From the NCBI GenBank assembly GCA_012295275.1, contig CM022678.1, forward strand, positions 372,001-436,000: a stretch of 64,000 nucleotides of DNA. The letters are read 5' to 3'. The translations under genes and the position numbers were made by a program. Source of the stretch: Chrysomallon squamiferum. Lineage: Eukaryota; Animalia; Mollusca. Shown one piece after another: positions 24,091 through 39,727 of this stretch. The notes beneath the pieces were generated by a model. It ran no database searches. It was not told the origin of the DNA and worked only from the letters and a program-made list of their open reading frames with translations. How positions within the stretch are numbered: the stretch's first letter is position 1; every line of letters starts with the position of its first letter.

Positions 24091-24798
24091 GGAAACGGCA
24101 AATAATATAACGCGGTATCAGTAGTATTATATTCAATACCCGTTTAACAACATTTCCAAAGTATGAAACAGTGAGAGTATCTGCAAAGGTTTCAAATTCT
24201 CCTTGTTAACAACTCAACCGTGAACACGATTAACGTGCGATCTAAGTAACTGTAGAGCTATAAATACAGTAAAAAAACACACAAAAACCCACAAAATAAC
24301 AACTCAATAACAGCAACAACAACGTAATAATACTACTAATAATAATAAAATGAAAAAAAAGAGGAAAATCAAATAAAAAATTAATAAAATTGTATTGATG
24401 AGATGAAATTAGATGAAGACAAAATAATAAAAAGAAGCAAAACGAAGTACACAATTATAGTCAGACTGATGGCTACGTACATACATACATACACAGATGC
24501 CGCGAGAGATAAATGTACATAAAAAAGTAAAAGCTTCTTCGATATCAGTTAAAAGATTTGGCTGATCTGTTTAGAAACAGATTTTACAACAACAGACTGA
24601 ACAAAAAATATAATTTAAAAGATTCTTTACCAGCCAAGTCCCATAGATTGGAACAGCAGTGAAAGATGTGTGAAGAACCTAAATGTGCTTGTAGTTTTAA
24701 AAAATGTTCTGATTAATTTAGTTTCACACATTTGTTATTTTATTTATTTATTTATTTATTTATTATTATTATTATTGTTATTATTATTGTTATTGTTA

Positions 24799-24860
<62 letters not shown>

Positions 24861-25813
24861 GTCAAACTTTGTTATGTATAATGAAAGGTCGCTCTAAATA
24901 AAGAAATACAAACTTGGAAGTATAAAGAATTTTACTAGACAGTATCTGTTCTTACTGACACAGTTAAGTTCACTTTAAAGTGGAAGAAACACTGGTGTAT
25001 ACTGGTACGACAACAAGTAAATGTATTGTTCTATTCACAGTTATATTCACTGTTAAAATTATATGCGTATCAAACATTTTATCTGAAACTGGCACCTAAT
25101 TTAATTGAGGAATAAATAAATAGAAAAGTGAACGAATGAAGAAGAAGGAGAAGGAAATATTTAAATCAGTGAGAAACTAGGCGCTGGCTTTCCTACCCCA
25201 GGGACGCTGCTGGATTTGTTGTCAAGACAACGAGGTGAATACAATGTACCCGAAATAAAAAGATTGCTTAGAATGACTGACCCCATGATCACAAGAGATT
25301 TGCGTTTTACTGCTGTGAATTAGCTATTTATAGATAACTGTTACCTGATGAATCGAGAAGAAAGAAGGAAAGAAAAGAAAGGAACGTTAAAAGAAAACCT
25401 TTCAGTACGAGATCTTTTGTATGCATCCAGAGTCGTGTTCAGTATGGCAATAACTGATATCAAGCCTCACGTTAGCTGCGAAATGTAAATGAATACATAC
25501 ATAAATAAGTAAACTAAGAAATAAAGAAAGAAAGAAGGACTTAAATAAATTCAATCTGATATTGCACATAATTTACCACAACAATAAATAAATAAATAAA
25601 CAAATAGAAGAAAAAGAAAAAGAGTAAGAAAATATTGATGTGAAGGAGATACTAGGCCATGGCTTGCCCAACTCGTGGACGCTCCTGGACAAACCTTTTA
25701 CTACACATTGCTATTAGTAGTGATTGCTGGTGGTTTATTTCACAGTATCTGATTAACGATTTTTCTTAATTAAAAACAATAAATAAATAAATGAAATAAT
25801 AATAATAATAATA

Positions 25814-25849
<36 letters not shown>

Positions 25850-25861
25850 ATGATAATGTTG

Positions 25862-25912
<51 letters not shown>

Positions 25913-26191
25913 TAGCCAGTTTTTGAAATAAATAAATGATTTAATGGAGAGTTTTTGAACTGTACATGCTATTTTCTTTGAAATAATCATAGCTTATTAT
26001 AATTATGTATGCATATCATGTCATATTTAGATACTGCTAAAATGATATGGTAGTCAGCTGTTCTGAAGATGTGAATAATAATAACCACAACAACAACAAT
26101 AATAATAATAATTACAGATAAAAGTAAATATTGTTACTCTGTTCAGAATGTGTAATAAAAGTTATTAAATTATTTATTTATGTATTAGTTG

Positions 26192-26239
<48 letters not shown>

Positions 26240-26789
26240 AAAATTATTAATTATAATATTCAGAAGTCATTATGATCATTTTTTTTTATCGTTGTTTAGA
26301 TTTGCTCTCAGACATAAGTTTACATTGTTTTTTTTGATGTCCGCACTGCACAGCTGCCTGCAAGGTCTGAATCTAGTGTGCACTGTTTGTTTTTGTTGTA
26401 ATGAAAGCGTGCGACTGTTTTTAATTATTTTTTGAAGGGTCATGACCTTTCACATACTCAAACATTGTGGCATGCCTCTCTACGTGTGGGAAAATACACG
26501 TGGTTTCTGTCCTCTCACGTTTTCCCCTTTGCATTAAAAATCTAATCTCAAGTAGAAGAGCACAGATTTCACTTCAAAATGATGTTTTCCTTTCACAAAT
26601 CTGAAGTTAAGAAAACAAGTTTTCTTATTTTAATTATTTATTTTTTAATTTATTTATGTTTATGACTATTAATTGTGTGTGTGTTTTATGTGATGCGTAT
26701 ATTAGACGTCATCTTTGTCTACCAGTCTATTAAAAAAACAACAACCAGTAGACAAATAAATATATCAATAAAGAAATAGATAATAATAA

Positions 26790-26853
<64 letters not shown>

Positions 26854-28850
26854 CAAACTGCTTTTCTTACAGAGATAACAGAACATTCCAAATCGGTGAC
26901 GTGTCGTCTTGCAAAAAATCACTCGATGTGTCCAAGCAGATGACTGACAGAACAAGCAGACGGCAAATATTTTTGTGTGTGAATTTATTCTACAAGATTG
27001 CAATTTTACTTCTATTTCTACTACAGGTAAGCAAACTTTATACTATACTCCATTTACACTTTCTTTCTTTCTTTTTTTTTTCTTTTATTAACCAAAAACA
27101 ACCCTCGCAGAAACAATTACGAAATAATACACTAGAGAACGAGGAAAAAATAATATTACTATAATTAATTAATGTATTTATTTATTATAAATTCATTTAT
27201 GTATTTACTTGTTACATGGTAGAATTAAATAAATCAATATGTAAATAAATAAATAAGCAAATAAATAAAGTGCAATGAAAATAAATAAATAAATAAATAA
27301 ATAAATAAGCAAATAACAAACAAAAGTAAAATGAAAATAAATAAATAAGAAATTATATTTGGATGAAAGTTGATCAAACAAAATTACTTTTATGGGTTAG
27401 TTTATTTATTTATTTATTATTAGATCGAATTTTATCTTTGTATAACAACGACAACAACATCAAATGAATAAAAAATGACAAATAATGGATGCTCTGTTTA
27501 AGTATAACCGCTGTTGATGAACGAATGTTTGCAAAAATAATAATGTGTACTTTTCTCAGTTGCCTTATAAAATAGTCGATGAAGGAATAAAATGTCTTGG
27601 TAATAATTTATTATTTAAAAATATACAAAATTGAAATTAATTAATATCTTCAAATATTGGTGCTGATATAATTCAGGCTATTCGGGAAGCTGCAAAAAGT
27701 GTAGAATAATTATGATAAGACATTGGTTAAAAGTATTTTCAATGTTTAGTCTACACTAATAAGGTAATAGGTTGATTTCTATCTACTGATTTAGTATAAT
27801 TATAATCTAATACTGAGCTGTAGTTTAAAATAACTAAATTTGATATTCCTTTTTACAGTTATATTTATTAGTTGATTTGGTTCTTGTTTTTTTTTTTTGG
27901 TTATTGTTGTAGTTTTATTTTTGGAATGCATTTTTTAAATATTTAATATGGAGTATCATCTCTTTGAATATTTTAATTAACAGTTTTAGGACTGAACTAC
28001 GATTGTGACTATTCCATTTTTATTTATTTTATTTTCAAATACTTCGTATATCATTGTCTTATTCACATATTTCAAAAATGATATCGTATTATCGGTGTTC
28101 CGAATATGATGATGATGATGATAATAATACTAAAATATATATATTTCATTTCATGAATTTGACGTTCTCTTTGTTGCAAGTCTGCTTCAGTGTTAAATAG
28201 TAATACTTTTATGTATTGGCTGATATATGTGTGCGTGTGTGCATATGTGTGTGTGTGTGCGTGTGTGTGTGTGTGCGCGTGTGTGTGTGTGTGTTAATTA
28301 ATCTGGTTTCTTTTGGAGGCTAAGATTAAGTGTGAGAAAATGTTCACAATGTTTTGTTTCACTAAATTTACAAGACATGTAGAACACAAGCGGCAGATAC
28401 ATTTTTCAGTTTCGTTTCCTTCAGTTTATGTGATATTACAAAGAATGCACCCTACTCTTTGTTATAAAACAGATATCAACACTGTTTACGGAACTTTCGT
28501 GGAGCTAACTGTTCAGTTATTAAAGAAAATTCACCTATTTTCATTATTATTTTCTTGTTGTTTCCCTTATATTTGGTTGTTTCTGTAAGTCTTTGTTCCC
28601 TCTCTCTGCATTCTATAAGCTTTTAATGTGTATACAGTTTCATATGTGTCCAATAAACATGACAAAGTGATGCAAGGTCTGTGCATGTCTGATACAAATA
28701 ATTTCATTGCATCAGTCATTTCAGACTGTACTTAATCATTCACTGTGTGTGTGTGTGTGTGAGTGTGTGTGTGTCTGTATATGCGTGTGTGTTTGTAGAT
28801 ATGTATATAATCTTTTTTTTTCTCATTACAATTATTTTTGACTGTGGGTC

Positions 28851-29120
28851 TGTTAAAAATAATATTATATTTAAAAGGTAAACGATGTTGAAAACAGTTA
28901 ACAATACATGCTAATTTCTTAAATGCTGTGATACAAAGTCTAGCAGTCAGTGTCTATGACTAAACAAGAGCAGAGAAAAGAGGTGTGACACTTTTTAATA
29001 TAACAGACAACAAAAACAGTTCTGTTTTACATATAGCAGCTTTTTCTGGAGCTTTGTTTGAAAAACGTGTTGATGTAAATATTATTAACTGCGATGGTTA
29101 AACTCCTCTTGATAAAGTTG
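28851..29120 (+). pseudogene. Internally deleted remnant of the STAND-ankyrin gene
   Basis: aatgctgtgatacaaagtct and aaacaagagcagagaaaagaggtgt match 51705-51792; they are followed at once by aacagac..aacagttctgttttaca..tagcagct and gaaaaacgtgttgatgtaaat...aaactcctcttgataaag, matching the last ankyrin unit at 55571-55711. The acceptor AG is mutated to AA. Confidence 0.85.
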
Positions 29121-31256
29121 AATAATAGTTAACTTTTTTTTTTAATTAAAAACTGTTTTGAGGAATGTATTGGTCTTTAAATTACATTGAATGATTATTG
29201 TGTATAAGTATTGTTTCTTTTGCTTCATATGGTGTTTATTTCATTTGTCTTCATTCTGAGCACGATATTAGTATCTGTTATAATCGTTGGTGTAGTCCAA
29301 CCCGTTGTCCCGCTCTGTTGCTTTCTGACTTCGTATTGAAACCAGTTTTCAGAAACATGATATATTGGAACATTCAGTGACGTCACAGAGTCACAATAGC
29401 AACTCACTGTATTGAAATAAACGGGTGATGTAGAACGAACCGCAGATAGAATTACACAGACAAGTTAAACATGAGATATCTGCGTGTTAGTCTTGTGACA
29501 TTTCTTCACGTTACGGGTAAAACAAATTGTAACAGGACATAAAACATTAATAATAAATAAATAAATAAATAATTTAAAAAAATAATAAAATAAAATAAGA
29601 GGGATGAAACATTTTAAAATAAAACTGTAAGCGCTAGTTAACGTATTCAAGAATTTTATATATATACAAGGCTTTTGTAGCGTTGTTAAATGTCTGCATT
29701 TATCCCTCAGCTAATTTGGTTTCAGGTTTTTCTGTGTGTGTCTGTATACGTGTGTGTTTGTGTGTGTCCTTCTGTGTATGTCTGTACACGTTTTTGTTTG
29801 TGTGTGTGTTCTGTGTGCGTGTTTGTGTGTCTGTCTCTGTATATTGGTGTATGTCTGTGTGTGTATGTATCTGTTTGTTTGCCTTTGGGTATCTGTGTTT
29901 GTGTTTGTGTGTTTTTGTGGTGTGTGTGTGTTTGTGTTTGTGTGTTTTTGTGGTGTGTGTGTGTTTGTGTTTGTGTGTTTTTGTGGTGTGTTTGTGTTTG
30001 TGGGTGTGTTTATGTGTACCTCTAAATACTATTAAGTTATTGCGAGGCTACTACATGATGACAGTAATCCTGTCTCCTCCCACTTTTCATCAAGTTAAGA
30101 AAAATAAAAGTTTCTGCATCCCGAGACGACTCCACTGTTTAGAAAATGAGACCAGTCAGTCTCATTACGTGATGACGTCACGATTTCAGCTAGGATGTGC
30201 TACAGTCGTTAAATGTTTTGTAATTGTTCCTGTCAAACTCTGTTTTGTGTAATGAAAAGTCGCTCTAAAGAAAGAAATAATAACATAAATCTTAATAATA
30301 ATAATAAAGAAAAGGATGATGACAACAATATTTGTGTGTGTGTGTTATTTTAAGCTATATTTTAGTTTACTATAAGCAAATGATATATAGCTGGCCCCTG
30401 TATACTGGATCATATCTTTTTGTGCAAGTATACAAACCAGTTTGACTAATGTTATTCTTAGAACTTATGTAAAACGTGTTTACACTGTCACCAAGCAACC
30501 ACACTACGTATAAACCAGTCACGTGTCGTCTTACAAAAATGTCACCTTTGCGTTTAAGCGGACGATTCACAGAGTGAGCAGACGGTGTAGAATTTGTGAC
30601 AATTCGTTAGTTGAAAAGATTCCAATTTTATTTCGATTTCTGCTACAGGTAGGCAAACCTTTTACTACACTGTTGATTGTCTGCTTATTTCATATTACAA
30701 ACTTAATTATGTTATTTTAGTTTAGTTTATTTACTTATGTTTTGTTCTTTTTGCGGGGAACACGGAATGTAACATCAGAGACTCGGCTCACTTTTGCGTT
30801 TTCATTTTAAAATAATACATCAACAATTATCAACTAATAAAACTGCAATAAATAAATAAATAAATAAATAAGGATTTATCTTTTATATTATATCTTTCAT
30901 CGAATAATAAGTCGGAATATATCTTTGTGTAAACAAAAATATAAGTAATACATAATACATGGTCGTTTTTTTTTTTTTTTTTTGGTCTCTTAATATGTAA
31001 TTTGTTTTTTGACAAGGTCATTAAACATTCGCATTGTTAAATATTTCGACTTCAGTAAATGAAAATTTAATTATTTATTAAATTACATATCTACGATAAA
31101 TTAAATCAATGGATAAATACTACGATAAAAATAATTTATAAATGTTTTTTAAAACTTAATAATAAAATCAACAAAGTCTGAGTTACTTTCCGGTGAAATT
31201 TGTCACTTAGACACCACAATAACAATAACAATAATAACAATAACAATAACAATAAC

Positions 31257-31310
<54 letters not shown>

Positions 31311-31509
31311 AATAATTCAGTGTAGAATTTTTAAACTGGAAATGTTTTTGTCTTTGAAATAATTACAATTTATTATAATTATGTGTGTATTTTATGTGAT
31401 ATTTAAATGATATCGTACAGAAAAATGTTCTGAATATGTGAATAATAACAATAAATATATATTTTCTCCAATTCTGTAAAACATTCTTCTTCTTCTTCTT
31501 CTTCTTCTT

Positions 31510-31576
<67 letters not shown>

Positions 31577-31833
31577 TTATTATAAACTGAATTTTGTGAT
31601 ACTGGTACACACAGTTAAACGTTTTCAATCTCGGTCAAATCTGAAATAAATAAAAAGTACTACTGCTGCTAACAACAAGAACAACACAGCAAAAAAAAAA
31701 AAAAAAAATAATAATAATAATAATAATAATAAGTAAAAGATAGACGCAGATATTGTTTGTGTTCAGAATGTGTAATAAATGTGTTTATTTATTCAGTTAT
31801 ATTCCTATTTATTCATTAATTTATTATTATTAA

Positions 31834-31875
<42 letters not shown>

Positions 31876-34628
31876 AAATAGTATTTATAACATTTACGAG
31901 CTATTAAAATCCTTTTTATTTTTATTTTTTTTTTGCCCCAGTATCTACATTTTGAAATTTAAGGTGGGAGGGGAAGCATGGCCTCGGCAAGTTGAAAACT
32001 TCCCCTTTCTAATGCATACTTTGTTTTTGTTCGGATTAAAGTGTGTGATTCTTAATTAGTTTTTTAAGAATTATTTACCTTCACGTGACTTGCCTTTGTA
32101 TCTGTCGGAAATACACGTGGTTTCGTTCCTGCCCTCCGGCATGTTACCCCCTTTCGCGATAAAAAAAAAGGCTAAAATTAATCTCATCTGAAAGAGCGTA
32201 GACTTCACTTCAAAATGATGAACAAATCGAACAAAACTTTGATTTGAAAATTTAAAAGCCAGGTGTCTGAACTGAAAATGTTCTTTGTTTCCACCAAAAA
32301 TTCCCGATCAAGCGTAATACCCGAGCACAGCGATCTCTGCGTTTTATATAAAAAACTAAAATCACGGAGTTTTTTCCGAAGATATCACGGTGAAAATGCG
32401 GGAAGCCTTAAAAGCGGCCAATCGTTGTTCAGAAGTGAACTTTGACATCGATCAGTGTTCTCACTAAGCAAATGGAAAGCAATGGGTTGTGAAGCAAAGT
32501 ATAAGAGATTACCTTAAAAATAATAGAATGAAGCGTTCCTTGATTTATTTTTGTTATTATTATTGATTTTTGTCTCCTCTTGTTAAAAAATATTGATAGT
32601 TTTTTTTTCGAGTATGTTGATGTCAGCGATTTCAAGGGAGGTAATTTGTGATCGCTGTGTTGAGAATTCTAATCAGTTTCAGTTTGACTTTAACATTAGT
32701 TTGTTTTGGGCGTATATTTCAATTTATTCTACTAAGTAATTGTGTATATTTTTATCAAATTGTCCAGACAACGAGGTAATAAATACAGTGTACCCGAAAT
32801 AAATCTACCCCATGATCACAAGAGATTTGCGTCTTAGTGAAAGAATTTACAGTTATTTATAGATAATTGTAAGTTGAATAAAGGAGAAGAAATAAATGTT
32901 AATACGAAAGCTTTCAATATAAAATGTATGAGTTAATCTTTTGGTTTGCTTCGAGTGTTGTATTCAGTTTGGCAAAAATTAATGTTAAGCCTGATGTTAG
33001 CTGCGAAATATAAATAAATACATAAATAAATCAGTTAAGAAAGAAAGAAAGAAAGAAGGAAGCAAGGAAAGAAACAGAACTTAAATTACTTAGTCATTTA
33101 TAGATTAGATGACAAAAATATTAAATTTCTGTTTGTTTGTTTACCTACTTTCAAAATTAAGCATAATAGATTAGTCACGTGATTCTTTTCCATGATATAG
33201 GAAGAAAATTACAAGGGCACCTCAAAAAAGAAACACAAATAGAATGAAATGAAATAAACAAAAATGCAAAAAAAAAAAAAAAAACACTGAATAAAAAAAT
33301 AAATAAAATAAGACAAAAAAAAAAAAAATAAAATGAAATAAATAAATAAATAAATTTGAAAAGTGATAAATAAAATTAAATAATTAAATAAACGATGTCT
33401 GCCCTGATTTCTATGACACGAAAATAGAGTAGTCTTCTTTCCTCAGTGAAGAACATAAATCTTAATACCAATAATTATATATCTGAATGTGTGTGTGTGA
33501 GTGTGTCTGTCTGTGTGTTTTTTAAGCTATCTGTAAGCTTACTATAAGAAAATGATACGCTACTAGCCCCTGAGTACTGCTCATATCTTTTTGTGTAAGT
33601 ATACGCACGAGTTTGACGAATGTGCTATACTTAGAACTGATACAAAACGTGTTTACATTGTCACCAAGCAACCAGAGTAACACAGTACGTGGAAACCTGT
33701 GACGTGTCGTTTTACAAAAATATCACATGACGTGTCTAAGCGGACGATTCACAGAGCGAGCAGACGGCACACAATTTGTGACAATTCGTTGTTGACAAGA
33801 TTCGAGTTTTACTTCGATTTCGATTGACAGGTACGCAAACTTAAAATATACTGCTTTTAGTAGTGACTGTTAATTGTTTATTTAATAATTTTAAATTTAT
33901 AAATTGTCGACAGTGATCCCGGACTTTGACATCTGCAACTCGGCTTTCGTTTCAGTTTTCATTTAAAAATAATTATGAACTAATAAAATTACATTTCCTT
34001 TTTCATTCTTTCTTTTTTTTTTTTTTTTTTTTTTTTAATTAACTGATTTATAAAGCAATAAACATACGAACAAAAAGTGTATTATCATCATCCCATTATA
34101 TTTAATTTTGCGCTGTATTAACTGGCTGAAGTTTTAGAAACGGACAAAGATGGCACCAGTAACGGTTTAAATTATCGAAAGAGGAACAAAATGTCTTAGG
34201 AATTATTGATTGTTTAAAAGTATAAAACTAAAATCAGTTGGTTTTGTAAAGTATTGATACTAATGTAAATCAATCTTTTCAAGAAGTTTCAATTATTATT
34301 ATTATTTTATTTTATTATTTTTTTTTTTGTAAGTTATGGTTCCGTCCTTCTGCATTCTATAAGTAATGTGTATATAGTTACATATAAATCCAGTAAAGAT
34401 GATAAAGTAATACAATGTCTACATGTCTGATACAAATACGTTTATTACGTTTATTATTAAAATTCAGTTTCCTCTGTCGTTACATTTTAAAATAAACAAG
34501 CTCACTGGTCAAGGTCACTGTTACTTTAAGGTCAGATCATTTTCACGAAATCTAGATAACACGAGTTGTCGTTGTTGTTACTGTTCTTCTTCTTGTTCTT
34601 CTTCTTATTATTACTATGACTATTGGTT

Positions 34629-35329
34629 CAGTATTCCCTCGTTATTCGCGGGGGTTACGTTCTTTACCCCCCCCCGCGAATAGCGAAAAACCGCGAATAT
34701 TGGATGCAGTTTTAAAACGTCTATTATGAGATTATATACGGGACTAAATGCTTCCCAAACACTTTCTAAAGACACTCTTACTCATTAATACAGTAATAAT
34801 GTAAAAATATTGCATGCAGTTATGTATTTCACTAATGTAGTAATGATAATGTAAACACATTTTAATTTTGTACTGAAACAATATTTTAATCAGAAAGAAA
34901 CGTAAGTACAGGAGGACAGTAACACCGCATAGCATAGTTACCCATAGAGTATTACTGCACCGTAAAGTCATTTTCTATGCGTACAACATATGTATTAGAA
35001 TTGACAGAAAGTGGAACAAATTTAAAGGCAAACAGACAGATAAATACAGTACGCACAGTTCAGGTAATAATAATACAATTCAGTAATAATATGCAGTCAG
35101 CCAATAGCAGCCCAGCCATTGTTCGATGAAGACGTCAATCGATAAAAACTGCTCGAGAGAGTAAATACAGACATACCCTCGAAAAGTCTCTTTGACCTAC
35201 AAAAATCCGGTTTACCGAGCATTTGTTTTTATGACGTTATGACGCTCGCCTGGTATACCAGCACACGATGCGATAGGGTTAAGAGCCTAACCCGCGAATG
35301 GGGAACCGCGAACAGGTGAGGGTATACTG
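34629..35329. mobile_element. pogo/Tigger-like (Tc1/mariner superfamily) non-autonomous element, ~700 bp
   Basis: Imperfect TIRs CAGTATTCCCTCGTTATTCGCGG and (reverse complement) CAGTATACCCTCACCTGTTCGCGG; subterminal CCGCGAA repeats; TA flanks the right end (left flank reads TT); no transposase ORF. Confidence 0.8.
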
Positions 35330-35930
35330 TATTTTACTCTGAATAGAACATGTATAGACAGATCGCACGTTAACCGTGTTCATGGTTGAGTTGTAAACAA
35401 GGAGAATTTGAAACCTGTGTAGTTACACCATTCAAGATAATATTGCTAATACTGCCTAGTTTTGTTTGTTAAACACTAGATGACATTTCAAAGTTTAATG
35501 TCAAACCATACTTCATAATTACTGTAGTTGTTCTTGTTTTTATTGATTTATTATTATTATTATTATTATTAAATCGAATTATATATTTTTATATACAATA
35601 AGAACAATAGCAATAGCAATAATAATAATAATAAGAAGAAGAAGAAGAAGAAGAAGAAGAAAAATTTAAAAAGCGCGAATAAGAGAAGCGATGTTTAAGT
35701 ATAAACACTGTTGACAAATAAGCAATTTGTAAAAATGATAATGTGTACTTTGTTCAGTTGTCTTATCAAATAGTCGATGGATGAATAAAATGTTTACGAA
35801 ATAACCGATTATTTGAAAATATAGAACTGAAATTAATTTGGTATCGTCAAATATTGATGCCGAAGTTGCAGAAAAGGTAGAATGATTACGACAAGCCATT
35901 GGCTTAAAAATATTTTGAAATTTTAGTCAC

Positions 35931-36025
35931 CGTTAATAAAGTAACAAGGTAATTTCGTTAATAAAGTAACAAGGTAATTTCGTTAATAAAGTAACAAGGT
36001 AATTTCGTTAATAAAGTAACAAGGT
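35931..36025. repeat. 25-bp tandem repeat, ~4 copies
   Basis: CGTTAATAAAGTAACAAGGTAATTT repeated perfectly. Confidence 0.95.
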
Positions 36026-36194
36026 ATTCATTTAGTATAAGTATAACCTAATACTGAGCTGCAATTTAAAACTGCTAAAATTGATATTCCTTATTTCAGT
36101 TATATTTATTAAACAATTTTATTCTTGTTTTTTATTTTTATTTTTTAACTTTGTGTTTGTTTTGATTTTGCAATTATTATTATTATTATTAAAC

Positions 36195-36228
<34 letters not shown>

Positions 36229-36899
36229 ATTATTATTATTATTATTATTAAACTGTTTAATATGCAGTATTTTCTGGCTAAAATTATTTTTGATAAACGC
36301 TTATGAAAGATTTAAGTTAGTTTATTGTTGAATTTCTTGTTTTCATTAAATTACGTGATTAAGAAAATTAAATTAAAGATAACTACTGCGATATTATCTG
36401 ATCTGGTAAATGTTTGATAATGAAAAGTTTATTATCAATAATATTTTGAAATCAATGTCACAAATCTGGTGTTTTTGTGACCTACTGACACTTTAATTAG
36501 CAATACAAACAAATTACATTAAATTGTTATACAGACGTACATTAAAACGCTCGATTTTATTAAATAAAATAAAACTATCACAGGCGTAAAAATAAGCGAA
36601 CCGTGGAGAAATATCGTCATGTCGAAAAAGAAATTTACAAAATTTGTTTATTAAATGAAATCATCGATAGGAAAAAGAAATGTAAATGATTCGGCTCTTG
36701 AAAAATTCCTGTAGTAACCCTTCTTTCGCTGTTTGATATGTCTGAATTATGATGCCGTACAGTGTATTAAAAGGAAAAGAAGATTTTTTCTTCTATTTTT
36801 AGTTGTTGTTTGTTTTTGGTTGTTTTTTTTTACAAAACTGGTTAATATTATCAATGTAAATTCAGTGTGGCTCGACTTCTTATAATGCGAAAAATGAAA

Positions 36900-36950
<51 letters not shown>

Positions 36951-37997
36951 GACTTATTTCCCTTATATTTTCTCGTTCTGTATGTCTGTTTCTCAACAAC
37001 AACTTTGCAGAGTTTGTGTGTGTGTGTGTGTGGGGGGTGCGTAACTACAACTTGTGTCCTAATTTGTATGTAGATACATTTATCCAATAAAGATGACAAA
37101 CTATGCTTTACCCAAACACCTGTGTCTGTGTAAAACTGATATAAACATTTTATTAGAGCATGACAAACGAAATTGTCATTAAATCACACACACACGCACG
37201 CACACACACACTTCCACACAAACACACATATCAGCCTTATTCTTGTAATCCTAAATAACACAAAAATTAAATGTAATTAACTGTTTTCTTTCTCAGTTTG
37301 ACCGCTCTCAAGAGTAAAACCTTCACTTGTGTTTATTTTGTTGTTGCTCTACATTTTAAAAATAATTATATAAAACTATTTTAAGACCAAAACCAGCAGT
37401 TCAATATGAAAGAAGTAACTGAGTAATAAGTATATATGTACGTATGTATATGTATGTGTATGAATGTATGTATGCATGTCTCTATGTATGTATGTATGAA
37501 TGCGTTTGTGTCTGTAAGTGTGTGTGTGTATTTGACTGTGTTTGTACCGATGAACCAGTTAATTTTCTTTTATTTTCCTTTAGGAAAGATAATTTCAGCT
37601 AATAAAGAGAAAAATTATTTTAAACAAATATATACATATGACTAAACGAAAAGCAAATAATTATATTTGATATTAACTGTTTTTAGTATCAGATACAAGT
37701 TACTTTTTGAAGTCAGTATAAGGTACGTTTCGTAAATGTTGAAAACTGTTATAAAAGTACAATAATTTACAAACTACAACCATAGTGATAAATCGTTTTT
37801 ATTTTTAATTTTCTTTATTTCTATGTTATTATTATTATTTTTTTATTTTTTTGTAGTTCTTTTTTTTTAAATCTAGCATGTACTGCAAACTTGTAGTTAC
37901 AATATTTTACATCTTTTTAACATTCATATTTCTATTGTTTTTTAAACTGAATTATATAAAACTGTTTTAAGTGTGTGTGTATATAGTGTGTGTATGA

Positions 37998-38046
<49 letters not shown>

Positions 38047-38357
38047 CATTACCTCTTGGTGATATGTATATTTTTAAAAAGTCAATTTTAAAACTATCAT
38101 TCCAATATTGTCTTATGTGTTTCAAAAGAAGAATCAGATTTATAATTTTGTTTTTGATCTGATTTTATTTTATTTGTTTATTTTATTATCATTGTTAAGA
38201 TTTTCATTGTTGATTTTTTTATTTTTCCTTTGTAAAGAAGGATAATTTGAAACCTAATAAACATAAATTTTATTTGAAAAAATGTCAAATATATACATAT
38301 GACCCAGTTTTGTCGAAACAGCAAATTTCAAACTTTATTTCCGATATTTCAACTATG

Positions 38358-38428
<71 letters not shown>

Positions 38429-38993
38429 AAAATGTACTGTGTATAATTATTATCCTAGTTATTCACAATTTATATATTCATTGATATATTTAAGTTTATT
38501 TATATCTCTGTGTGTGTGTGGGGGGGTATTATTGGTATATACAGATACAAACACAATAATAAAAAAAAGAAACAAAATCAAATCAAATCAAATAAATAAA
38601 TAAGTAAGTAAGTAAATAAATATATAATGAAGGTTCGGGTCACGAGACATGTTAACCCCCGGTGGATGATCTTGGATTTATTTGCTGAAGAAAACGAGAA
38701 CAATACATTGCACCAGAAATAAACGGAGCGAGATAAACCAGGATTATGAGACATTTGACATTGACTTAAAGTTATTGTAATCTGAGAAAAGGACGAGAAA
38801 GAAGAACAAGATAAAAAAAAAATAAAACTTATTAATAAATAAATGTAAAGAATGTTAATATGAATGGTTCTGTGGGTGTCTATATATATATATATATATA
38901 TATAATTATTTGATTTGATTTCTCAGTCACACTACATTTAACCTTCATTGAGTCCTCTTGAGTAAACAGACACCCACACACATATACATAAAC

Positions 38994-39038
<45 letters not shown>

Positions 39039-39727
39039 TGAGCACGATATTATTATTCATTGTATTATTATTCATTGTACGTCGTTGGTAATCCAGCTAT
39101 CCCTATTTACTGCTCATCTCTTTCTTACGTTGTATACAAATCAGTTCTAATTTGTGTAAGTGTTAAAGTTCTAGTGTGTTACACGATGCTCAGATAAACG
39201 GGAAATCTCGAACTGTTACCTCAAAGATAACAGCAAATTGTGTGGCTTGTAAAACGTCTTTATTAAATGTCTCAATCCAAACTGTGAAGTGTTCGGCTTT
39301 TGGGAGATAAACCATAGAGGGAAAATTTGAAGTCGCCTAGAAAAGAAATCACGCAATGTCGCCCGTGAGTTAAATACAACTGCCCAGTCCTTCTGTCAAT
39401 AGTCAAAGTCCAGATGTGGATGATTATTTACATTTATTGAAAGCAATAAAAATTACAGAACTGTACTTAGACGTACGTCGTCAAAACGAGGAGATATTTG
39501 CGTATTAGTCCTGTAACTGATATTAATGTTGCACGTAGAAATACAAAAGTTAAATAAATAAATGTAGCACAACAATAATTAAAATACAGAATTCTTTGTG
39601 AGTGAGAATTGGCGGTTTTTTTTTGTTGTTACTTTTTTGTTGGTTTTTTTTTCTTTATAAGAACAAAAACAAAAAATAACAACAACAAACAAACGCGCAG
39701 AGACGACTGTGAAGTAATACACTAGAG

